In this document: one piece after another, positions 27,990-36,162 of the stretch
Layout of the letters: every line of letters starts with the position of its first letter
Numbering within the stretch: the first letter of the stretch is position 1
DNA from: Vicinamibacterales bacterium
GTDB lineage: Bacteria; Acidobacteriota; Vicinamibacteria; Vicinamibacterales; 2-12-FULL-66-21
NCBI GenBank assembly: GCA_035463475.1
Contig: DATHTE010000003.1
Coordinates: forward strand, 6,670-70,669
Direction of reading: 5' to 3'
DNA length: 64,000 nt
Notes under the pieces: generated by a model
Seen by the model: the letters and a program-made list of their open reading frames with translations, nothing else
The model's database searches: none
Told to the model about the DNA's origin: nothing
Translations under genes and position numbers: made by a program

Positions 27990-29168
27990 CTAGGCTCCCG
28001 CCCAGCGGTCGTGCAGCAGGCGCACGGCGACCGCCGCGGGCGAGGGATCGACCACGTACGTGCGCCGGAGGTCTCCGCCTCCGTGGAAGCGCGTGTGCAC
28101 GCCGGCGGCGGCGAGCGCGGCAAGATCATCGTCGGCGCCGGCTCGGAGCGCGGCGGCGTCGCCGATCACTGACACCCAGGCCTGCTCCGCGCGCTGGGAC
28201 GGCTCGAGGCCCGCTTCCGCCAGCGCAGCCTCCAGCTCTCGCGCGTCCGGCGCGCCGAGCACGACCCGCCCGCTCCGCGCGTCCAGGAGACTCATGATCA
28301 GCCGGCGCCGCTCCCAGGCGCCGAGCGTCGCCTGGTCCACCGAGCCCGCGGGCACCGTGACGGTGTGGAACGGCGCAAGCGATGCGACACCGCTGAAGCG
28401 CGGTTCGCCTCCATCGGTGTTGCCAATCCAGGTGCCCGGCGCGTCGGAGAACGTCGATCTCACGACCACGGGCGTCGCTCCGTCCCACCCAGCTTTCACG
28501 GCGCGCGCGTGGACTACCTTCGCGCCGAAGCGCGCCAGTTCGTGCATGCGAGCGAACCCGATTCGGTCGATCGTTCGCGCAGTGGGCACGATCCGCGGGT
28601 CCGCGGTCGCGACCCCCTCGACATCCGTGAAGATCTCGACGCGTTCGGCCCCGAGCGCCACACCTACCACGACCCCGGACGTGTCGCTCGCACCGCGCCC
28701 GAGCGTGTTGTAGTCGAACGTGTCGCGGACGATGCCCTGGCCGCCGGTGATCACCGGCACCTCGCCGCGCCCGAGGAGATCGAGCAGCCGAGACGCGTCG
28801 ACCTGGATCACTTCCGCCTCGGTCGGATGGCCGTCGGTAAAGATGCGGGCCTGCGCGCCGGTCAGGCCTACGGCCGGAATACCGGCCCGCTTCAACGTGT
28901 GGGACATCAGGGCGACCGAGATGATCTCGCCCGTCACGAACGCCAGCGTGTAATCGCCCGGGGCGACCGCCCCCCCGTCCGCTCGCAGCAGATCGAGCAG
29001 CGTGTCGGTCGCGTATGGATCGCCGCGGCGCCCCATCGCAGAGACGACGATCGCGACGGCGTAGCCGGCATCCCGCGCGCGGCGGACCTGTTCCACAACC
29101 ATCTCGCGCCGTTCCGGCGTCGAGACGGACGTGCCCCCAAACTTCTGCACGCGGACGCGCGGGCTCAT
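27990..29168 (-). CDS. dapG: Monofunctional aspartate kinase, DapG (Bacillus AK-I)-like, with degenerate ACT region
   Basis: VQKFGGTSV, VVSAMGRRGDPYATDTLL, TLGRGASDTS, IFTDVEGV.TADPR, GAKVVH.RAV. Confidence 0.85.
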   Translation of the reverse strand: MSPRVRVQKFGGTSVSTPERREMVVEQVRRARDAGYAVAIVVSAMGRRGDPYATDTLLDLLRADGGAVAPGDYTLAFVTGEIISVALMSHTLKRAGIPAVGLTGAQARIFTDGHPTEAEVIQVDASRLLDLLGRGEVPVITGGQGIVRDTFDYNTLGRGASDTSGVVVGVALGAERVEIFTDVEGVATADPRIVPTARTIDRIGFARMHELARFGAKVVHARAVKAGWDGATPVVVRSTFSDAPGTWIGNTDGGEPRFSGVASLAPFHTVTVPAGSVDQATLGAWERRRLIMSLLDARSGRVVLGAPDARELEAALAEAGLEPSQRAEQAWVSVIGDAAALRAGADDDLAALAAAGVHTRFHGGGDLRRTYVVDPSPAAVAVRLLHDRWAGA

Positions 29169-29178
29169 GCGGGGGGCC

Positions 29179-30492
29179 TCACCCGAAGAGATACTTCTCG
29201 CCGAGGGGCGACCAGAAGACGTCGAGCACCTGCGCGCTCGTTTCGGAGAACGGGTTGCGCGTGCGGGCGCGCACCAGGTGCGGCACGCTGGAGTCGATGT
29301 AGCACGAGTCGCCCGGCCGCAGGTGCTCGGTCACCAGCTCCTGCTCGACGTACGTCGTCAGCTCCAGTTCGCCGTCGAGGACGTAGATGAACTCGTGCCC
29401 GTGGTGCTCGTGCATGGTGAGGCGTTCGATGTCCACGTTGAGCAGGCGGATGAAGCACGGAAACATCTGTCGCGACGGAACGCAGGTGGCGAGCTGCTGG
29501 CACGTCTTCGACTGCGGTTCGTGCTCGCGTTCGACGGGCGTGCGTCGCGTGCTGTTCGGGATCTGATCGAGGTCCTTGGCGCGCTGCACGCAGTAGAACG
29601 GCCGCGCGCCGGGACGCGGCTCGACCACCTCCGCGAGCGGGACGCCGAACAGACGCGCGATGCGCAGGACGCGATCGAGTGGCAGCGCGCGCTCTCCGTC
29701 CTCCACCCGCTGCAGCTGGCGCGGCGTGATCCCCACCTGGTCGGCCACTTCCTCCAGCTCCCAGCGATGGAGCTTTCGCAGCCAGCGCAGCCGCTGGCCG
29801 ATCCGTCGCAGGTCGTCACCCGGCCCGTCCGCGCTGGCGCTCACGTCCGCCCACACCCATCGCGATCCCGGTTCCACCGGAGACGACACCGACGCCTGCA
29901 CCTGCACGGTCTCCGCGGGCTCCTCGTCGAGCGAGCTCAGGGAGTGCGCCAGGTCCGGACGCAGGTACGCCCAGTCGCCTCGCGACAGCTCTTCCCGCAC
30001 GAGTCCGTCGGGCGTGTCGATCGTGACCGCGACCGCCCCGCGGAGCACGAACAGGAACTCCTCCGCGTGGTGCTGCCAGAGGACCGGAGACGCGACGCCG
30101 TGCTGGCGGATGCGCCCGAACATCGGATTGAGGTGGCGGCCGATGAACAGGTTCGCGAGCTCCCAGAACTCGTTCCCGGGTACCCCGTTTCCGTGCTGAT
30201 GCTGCGGCGCGCGGGCGCGAACGTCCCCCTCGCGCGTGATCTGAAACGGAATGCGCGCATCGCGCGGCAGGAGCGCGTCCACCGGCAGCTTCAGCGCCGC
30301 CGAGATCGTCAGCGCTTGCGACAGGTCGGCAACGTGCAGGCCGTTCTCGATCTCCGACAGGCGGGCCATGGACACGCCGGTCGCCGCCGCGAGCTGTTTG
30401 AGGGTGAGCCCGAGGCGCTGCCGCTCTTCGCGAATCCGCGCGCCGAGGCCGAGAGAGCCATAGTCGAGCAAGTGCGAGCTGAAAACCGTCAT
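29179..30492 (-). CDS. Tandem XRE-HTH/cupin transcriptional regulator (HTH-cupin-HTH-cupin)
   Basis: HTH1 GARIREERQRLGLTLKQLA..LSEIENG; cupin1 HHAEEFLFVLRG; HTH2 GQRLRWLRK..LQRVEDG; cupin2 HHGHEFIYVLDGEL..GDSCYIDSSVPH. Confidence 0.88.
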   Translation of the reverse strand: MTVFSSHLLDYGSLGLGARIREERQRLGLTLKQLAAATGVSMARLSEIENGLHVADLSQALTISAALKLPVDALLPRDARIPFQITREGDVRARAPQHQHGNGVPGNEFWELANLFIGRHLNPMFGRIRQHGVASPVLWQHHAEEFLFVLRGAVAVTIDTPDGLVREELSRGDWAYLRPDLAHSLSSLDEEPAETVQVQASVSSPVEPGSRWVWADVSASADGPGDDLRRIGQRLRWLRKLHRWELEEVADQVGITPRQLQRVEDGERALPLDRVLRIARLFGVPLAEVVEPRPGARPFYCVQRAKDLDQIPNSTRRTPVEREHEPQSKTCQQLATCVPSRQMFPCFIRLLNVDIERLTMHEHHGHEFIYVLDGELELTTYVEQELVTEHLRPGDSCYIDSSVPHLVRARTRNPFSETSAQVLDVFWSPLGEKYLFG

Positions 30493-30548
30493 AAGGTCGA
30501 TTTCAGAATAAGACGGATCTCCGGCGCGCCTACTGAAAAAGTGTCCCG

Positions 30549-30615
30549 ATTATACCTCATCAGTCGCATTCGAATGAAATATTCGCTTGACTCGCAACGA
30601 AGGCGACGGTTTGAT
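30549..30615. promoter_or_regulatory. Divergent sigma70 promoters with an operator-like motif between them
   Basis: Minus-strand TATAAT at 30549-30554; plus-strand TTGACT-N17-TTTGAT at 30587-30615; motif CGCATTCGAATGAAATATTCGC at 30565-30586. Confidence 0.6.
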
Positions 30616-30692
30616 CAGCGGCGCAACCTCTGCCTCCGATCCGAGGCGCGAGAATTCCGCCCAAAAAAGCTGAAGCGATGAGGGGAGCACAT

Positions 30693-33599
30693 ATGCGCAA
30701 GCTGATTCTTCCGTTTGCGATCGCGCTGCTGGTCGGTGCGTTCGCCGCGTCCGCCGGGGCGCAGACCGCGCTGGGAACGCTGCGCGGCAACGCCCTGGAC
30801 GAGCAAGGGGCCGCGCTGCCCGGCGTCACCATCACCGCCAGGGAGACGCAGACCAACACGGTGGCGAGCACCGTCACCGGAGGACATGGGGAGTACCTGC
30901 TGACGAACCTGCGCCCGGGCAAGTACGAGCTCAGCGCGGAGCTGACCGGCTTCCAATCGCACCGCCAGGCGCTCGAACTGCGCGTCGGCGAGGACCTCAC
31001 GGTGACCTTCACGATGAAGATCGCCGGCCTGACGCAATCGGTCGAAGTGGTCGGCGAAAGCGTCCCCGTGCAAACGCAGAGCACCGTGGGCACGGTCATC
31101 TCGAACAAGCAGATTGACGACCTGCCGACGATCTCGCGCGATTTCTCCGCGCTCGCGAAGCTCTCGCCCGGCACGACGCAGTCGGGGATGACGGGCGCGA
31201 CGGCGGCGGGCACCGGCATCTCCATTTCCGGCATGCGGCCGTATCAGAACAACATCGTCGTGGACGGCGCGTCGAACCTGATGCAGTTCTACGGCCGTCA
31301 GGCGAACGACTTCCCGCAGGACTGGATCCAGGAGTTCCAGGTCCTCACCAATTCGTTCGGCGCCGAGTTCGGGCAGGCCGCCGGCGGGGTGATGAACGTG
31401 ATCACGCGCAGCGGCTCGAACGCGTTCGGCGGGCGCGTCTACGGGTTCTTCCGCGACGCGAAACTCGACAGCCCGCCGTTCGCGGGGAGGTACGACCCGA
31501 ACGGCGAGCCGGTATTCCTCGACGAGACTCCCCCCTTCGACCAGCAGCGCCTGGGCGGGTTCCTCGGCGGGCCGGTTCGGCGCGACTCGGTCTTCTTCTT
31601 CGGCGGCATCGAATCGCTGAATCTCGATTCGTCCGAGGTGCTCGCGCTCTCGAACTACTGGCGCGCGGCGCTCCCCAACGAGCCGACGATTATCCCGAAG
31701 GGCACCGACAGCAACGTGTACCTGGCGAAGGTGGACTGGAACGTCAGCCAGAACAACCGGATGTATTTCCGGTACACGAACACCGACAAGTCCGACAAGA
31801 ACGTCAGCCTCGGCACTTCGGCGCTCGACACGCTCGAGACGCGATACACGTTCGAGGGGCCGCTGTGGAACGTGCTCGGCAACTGGACGAGCACCTTCAC
31901 GCAGCGCGCCTTCAACGAGCTGCGCGTATTCTACGGGGTGAACAAGCCGTGGATCCTCGCGAATCACGCGAACGGGCTCGGCGGCAGCCTGCTCCTCGAC
32001 GCAGACGGCGCCAACGGCCTGAACGGCCGGTTCGCGTACCGCAGTTACCCTGGCGCGAACTTCGGCGCGACGAGCTTCACCGGTCTCGAGGGGGAATCGA
32101 ACGCCTACATCATCGACAACTTCTCGTTCATCATGGGGCACCACAGCATCAAGACAGGCGTGCAGCTCTCGCGCCTGACGATGTTCATGGACGTGGAGGC
32201 GTCGCACAAGGGACGGTGGGGCTTCCTCACCGACCGGGTCTTCAACATCAACGATCCGGCGAGCTATCCGAACAGCTTCAGCGGTAACGTGGCGACCGGC
32301 AAGGCGACGCTCACAGCGTGGAACCCGTCGGTGTACATCCAGGACACGTGGCAGCCGACAGGCAACCTGACGCTGAACCTCGGGCTGCGGTATGACCTGG
32401 ACCGCACGCCAGCGACCGTCAACTCCTACATCGATCCATACAACGAGAAGACGGTCGCGCGGCTGGGCGGCGCCCCGCCGCTGCAGAAGTCGAAGCTCGA
32501 TACCAACAACGTCTCGCCTCGCCTGGGATTCGTGTGGGTGCCCACGGCTGACCGCCGGACGACGATCCGCGGGAGCTACGGGCTCTTCTACGATCAGAAC
32601 CACTTCAACTGGACCGACATCTACGTCAACGAGACGCTGCTCTCGACGCGGCGCGTCAGCTTCAACGCGACCTCGCCGGCCGACAACCCCTTCTACAACC
32701 CGGCGGATCCGACGGGCAGCCGGGACCGGCTGCGGCGGTTCCTCGCCGAGGCGTTCCCGGCGTACCCGGACTTGTCCGTCGCGCCGTACGGCACGGAGCA
32801 GATCCTCGGCATTGCGCCCGACTTCAAGATCCCGTACTCGGGGACCTTCTCGGTGGGCGTCACGCACGACTTCGGCACGAAGCTCACGACCCGCGCCGAC
32901 TACGTGAACACGCGCTTGTTCGACGCCGCGGTCTCGATCGACACGAACTGGACGCAGACCGCCGACGGCCGCTTCGTGCGCGCCGACCCGCGGTTCGGGC
33001 GCAAGACGTTCGTCGGCAACCGCTCGCTGACGGGGCAGAAGGGTGAGCTGACGTACAACGGCCTGCACATGCGCGCGGAATGGGTGCCCGCGGCCGCGAG
33101 CCGCGTCGGCCTCTCGTACACGCTTTCGAAGGGCGAGGGGAACGTCGTCAGCACGCTGTCCACGGCGGCGAACACGAACCCGTTCGACCTCGACGAGGAC
33201 TTCGGCCCCGACAACAACGACCGTCGCCACAACCTCGTGCTGGACGGGTCCTACATGATCCCGAGGATCGACGTGCAGGCTGCGGGGATCTTGTCGTATC
33301 GGAGCGCGCTCCCCTACAACGTGACCACCGCGTTGCAGCTCGACTCCGATCCGTTCTCGGACCTGCCCGAAGGGCGGAACCCCCGCCGGGGCGACAGCGA
33401 GAAGAACCTCGATCTTCGGCTGAGCAAGGTGTTCCGGATCGGGCGGACCAGCACCTGGGTGTACTGGGAGATGTATAACGCGCTCAATACCGACAATTAC
33501 TTCGGCTTCCAGGGGAGCCTGCAGTCGCCGATCTTCTCGCGGCCGACGACGGAGCTGCCGAAGCGCCGTCAGCAGTTCGGCTTGCGGTTCGACTTCTAA
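30693..33599 (+). CDS. TonB-dependent receptor (carboxypeptidase-regulatory N-domain, Oar-like) 1
   Basis: Signal peptide, GAALPGVTITA, IQEFQVLTN.F.AEFGQAAGG, YIQDTW..LNLGLRYD, terminal FDF. Start reassigned to 30693 (AGGGGAG SD). Confidence 0.92.
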   Translation: MRKLILPFAIALLVGAFAASAGAQTALGTLRGNALDEQGAALPGVTITARETQTNTVASTVTGGHGEYLLTNLRPGKYELSAELTGFQSHRQALELRVGEDLTVTFTMKIAGLTQSVEVVGESVPVQTQSTVGTVISNKQIDDLPTISRDFSALAKLSPGTTQSGMTGATAAGTGISISGMRPYQNNIVVDGASNLMQFYGRQANDFPQDWIQEFQVLTNSFGAEFGQAAGGVMNVITRSGSNAFGGRVYGFFRDAKLDSPPFAGRYDPNGEPVFLDETPPFDQQRLGGFLGGPVRRDSVFFFGGIESLNLDSSEVLALSNYWRAALPNEPTIIPKGTDSNVYLAKVDWNVSQNNRMYFRYTNTDKSDKNVSLGTSALDTLETRYTFEGPLWNVLGNWTSTFTQRAFNELRVFYGVNKPWILANHANGLGGSLLLDADGANGLNGRFAYRSYPGANFGATSFTGLEGESNAYIIDNFSFIMGHHSIKTGVQLSRLTMFMDVEASHKGRWGFLTDRVFNINDPASYPNSFSGNVATGKATLTAWNPSVYIQDTWQPTGNLTLNLGLRYDLDRTPATVNSYIDPYNEKTVARLGGAPPLQKSKLDTNNVSPRLGFVWVPTADRRTTIRGSYGLFYDQNHFNWTDIYVNETLLSTRRVSFNATSPADNPFYNPADPTGSRDRLRRFLAEAFPAYPDLSVAPYGTEQILGIAPDFKIPYSGTFSVGVTHDFGTKLTTRADYVNTRLFDAAVSIDTNWTQTADGRFVRADPRFGRKTFVGNRSLTGQKGELTYNGLHMRAEWVPAAASRVGLSYTLSKGEGNVVSTLSTAANTNPFDLDEDFGPDNNDRRHNLVLDGSYMIPRIDVQAAGILSYRSALPYNVTTALQLDSDPFSDLPEGRNPRRGDSEKNLDLRLSKVFRIGRTSTWVYWEMYNALNTDNYFGFQGSLQSPIFSRPTTELPKRRQQFGLRFDF

Positions 33600-33603
33600 T
33601 CCT

Positions 33604-33629
33604 GGGGTCAGGTCTGGAACAGACCTGAC
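33604..33629. repeat. Short copy of the 26426 element (GGGGTCAGGTCT-GGAAC-AGACCTGAC)
   Basis: First 16 nt identical to 26426-26441; 9-bp perfect stem; lies between TBDR1 and the amidohydrolase. Confidence 0.8.
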
Positions 33630-33648
33630 TCACCCTCAAGGAGGACTC

Positions 33649-35007
33649 ATGCTCAAGCGTGTCGTGATTGCCGCCGTCGCGGTCCTCGTGGCGGCTCCCG
33701 ATCTCTTCGCACAGCGCCCGCCGGCACCGACGACGCCCGCGAAGATCACCGCCGTCCGGGCGGGGCGCCTCATCGACCCGGAGACCGGCACGGCTGCGGC
33801 CAACCAGGTGATTCTGATCGTGGGCGACAGGATCAAAGAGATCGGCGCCAACATAGCCATTCCGCCAGGTGCGGAGGTGATCGACCTGTCCAGGCTCACC
33901 GTGCTGCCGGGCCTCGTCGATGCGCACGCACACCTGGCGATCACCTACAAGGAGTTCCCCGAGAACAACATCTATTACCTGACGTACGTGCTGGACTCGA
34001 CGCCGCTGCGGGCGATCCAGGCCGCCTCGAACGCGATGCAGGTGCTCAACTCCGGCTTCACCGTCGTCCGCGACGTAGGGAACAACGCACTGTACGCGGA
34101 CGTCGCGTTGCGCATGGCAATCGAGCAGGGATGGCTGCCGGGCCCGACCATCATTCCATCGGGACCGATGATCGGCGGCACAGGCGGGCAGTACTGGCCG
34201 ACACCGGAGATGTACAAGTACCACAGCATCATGTACCCCGAGTACATCGACGCGAACAGCCCGGACGAGATCGTCCGCGCGATCCGGGAGAACCTGCTGT
34301 TCGGCGCGAAGACGATCAAGCTGTGCGTGGACTGCAAGCCGTGGGGCTACTCCGTTGACGAGATGAAGCTGGCGATCACCGAGGCCGCAAAAGGGGGCGC
34401 CAAGGTCGAAGGGCACTGCCAGACGACGGACGGCGTACAGCGCGCAATAGACGCGGGGCTCTACATCATCGCGCACGGCCGCGGGCCGACGCCCGAGCAG
34501 CACGCGCAGATGGCGAAGAAAGGCATCTTCCTCGCGAGCACGGACACGCCCTTCACGCCCTACCGCGGCAGCGAAGCGGCATTCAAGACGACGGTCGCCC
34601 AGCTGCGCTCGGCGTGGACGCAGGGGGTCCCTGTCACCTTCTCCACCGACATGGATTACTGGAACGATCGGATGAAGAAGGAGAACGGGGACTGGATGAG
34701 CCGCGGCGATTTGACGATCAACTTCCTGTTGACGTGGAAGGCAGCCGGGATCGCGCCCAAGGACATCCTCAAGGCGATGACCATCAACGGCTACAAGGCC
34801 GCCGACATCATCGCCGAGCGGGGGCCGATCAAGCCGGGCATGTACGCGGACATGATCGCCGTCCCCGGTGACCCGCTCGCTGACATCGACACGCTGCGCA
34901 ACGTGCAGTTCGTCATGAAGAACGGCAAGATCTTCAAGAAGGACGGCGTCATGCAGCCCGAGAAGTTCTTGCACCCGGGTCCGATCAATGGATGGAACCG
35001 CCGGTAG
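33649..35007 (+). CDS. Secreted metal-dependent amidohydrolase (prolidase-like)
   Basis: GLVDAHAH, TIKL, EGHC, IAHG, STD; signal peptide; AAGGAGG SD. Confidence 0.88.
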   Translation: MLKRVVIAAVAVLVAAPDLFAQRPPAPTTPAKITAVRAGRLIDPETGTAAANQVILIVGDRIKEIGANIAIPPGAEVIDLSRLTVLPGLVDAHAHLAITYKEFPENNIYYLTYVLDSTPLRAIQAASNAMQVLNSGFTVVRDVGNNALYADVALRMAIEQGWLPGPTIIPSGPMIGGTGGQYWPTPEMYKYHSIMYPEYIDANSPDEIVRAIRENLLFGAKTIKLCVDCKPWGYSVDEMKLAITEAAKGGAKVEGHCQTTDGVQRAIDAGLYIIAHGRGPTPEQHAQMAKKGIFLASTDTPFTPYRGSEAAFKTTVAQLRSAWTQGVPVTFSTDMDYWNDRMKKENGDWMSRGDLTINFLLTWKAAGIAPKDILKAMTINGYKAADIIAERGPIKPGMYADMIAVPGDPLADIDTLRNVQFVMKNGKIFKKDGVMQPEKFLHPGPINGWNRR

Positions 35008-35015
35008 GAGGGCCC

Positions 35016-36074
35016 ATGCAGACCTACAACGTGGCTGTCGTCGGCGCGCTCGGTCTCGTGGGATCCACGATGGTGCGGATCCTCGAGGAGTACGAGTTCC
35101 CGGTGCGCGAGCTGCGGCTGCTGGAGGCGAAGGGGCTCGCCGGCGTGCCAGTGAGCTTCCGCGGTCAGGCGTTGACGACGGCTGAAGCCCGCGAGGAGGC
35201 ATTCGCCGGAATCGACATCGCGCTCTTCGCCACGAACGATGAGATCAGCGCTGAGCTGGTGCCGCAGGCCGTCCGGCAGGGGGCGATCGCGATCGACAAC
35301 AGCAAGTACTTCCGGATGGATCCGGAGACGCCGCTGGTGGTTCCGGAAGTCAACCCGGAGGACCTCGCGTGGCACCGCGGGCGCATCGCGAACCCGAATT
35401 GCACGACGATCGCGACGATCCTGGCGCTGAAGCCGATCCACGATGTCGGCACGATCCGCCGTGTCGTCGCGTCCACGTACCAGTCGGCGTCCGGAGGCGC
35501 GATGGCCGGGATGCTGGAGCTTCGCCGGCAGGCGTCCGAGTTCGCGGCGGGCGTGCCGGTCTCGCCGCCGGCGGTGTTCAAGTACCAGCTCGCGTTCAAC
35601 CTGATCCCGTTCATCGACGCGTTCGAGAAGGACGGCTACACGCGCGAGGAGTGGAAGATGATCCACGAGACGCGCAAGATGCTGCACGCGCCGGAGATGC
35701 GCATCACCGACACGGCGGTGCGCGTGCCGACGCTGGTGGCGCACGCGGTCAGCGTCAACATCGAGACCGAGCGGAAGGTGACGGTGGCGCAGGCGCGGGA
35801 AGCGTTCGCGCGGGCGCCCGGCGTGAAGCTCGTGGACGACGTCGAGCAGATGCAGTTCCCGCAGCCGCTCGAGGTGGCCGGCGGAAACCTGACCCACATC
35901 GGGCGCATCCGCGAGGACTTCTCGACCGCCAACGGACTCAATCTGTGGCTGGTGTCCGACAACGTGCGCAAGGGGGCCGCGCAGAACGCGGTGCAGATCG
36001 CGCAGTTGCTGGTGCAGCAGGGACACCTGGAGACGTGGCGGGCGGCGCGCAAGGGGGCGGTCGTGAGCGCGTAG
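35016..36074 (+). CDS. asd: Aspartate-semialdehyde dehydrogenase (type 2)
   Basis: VAVVGALGLVG, IDNS.YFRMD, VVPEVN, IANPNCTT (catalytic Cys), STYQSASG, AFNLIP, DNVRKGAA. The SD overlaps the upstream stop (TAGGAGG). Confidence 0.93.
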   Translation: MQTYNVAVVGALGLVGSTMVRILEEYEFPVRELRLLEAKGLAGVPVSFRGQALTTAEAREEAFAGIDIALFATNDEISAELVPQAVRQGAIAIDNSKYFRMDPETPLVVPEVNPEDLAWHRGRIANPNCTTIATILALKPIHDVGTIRRVVASTYQSASGGAMAGMLELRRQASEFAAGVPVSPPAVFKYQLAFNLIPFIDAFEKDGYTREEWKMIHETRKMLHAPEMRITDTAVRVPTLVAHAVSVNIETERKVTVAQAREAFARAPGVKLVDDVEQMQFPQPLEVAGGNLTHIGRIREDFSTANGLNLWLVSDNVRKGAAQNAVQIAQLLVQQGHLETWRAARKGAVVSA

Positions 36075-36160
36075 GGTCAGGGGCGCTCGCCGTGGGGCGG
36101 CTCGGCGCTCAGGCGCGGGGCGCTCGCCGTGGGGCGTTGGGGCGCTCGGCGGACCCTGTC
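36075..36160. repeat. G-rich direct repeat cluster between convergent genes
   Basis: GGGGCGCTCGCCGTGGGGCG occurs twice, with extra GGCGCTC units; the ends AGGGTC/GACCCT are inverted. Confidence 0.65.
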
Positions 36161-36162
36161 GC

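Noticed and set aside
9863-36160. CRISPR array
   Set aside because: No regularly spaced 25-40-bp repeats with unique spacers and no cas genes.
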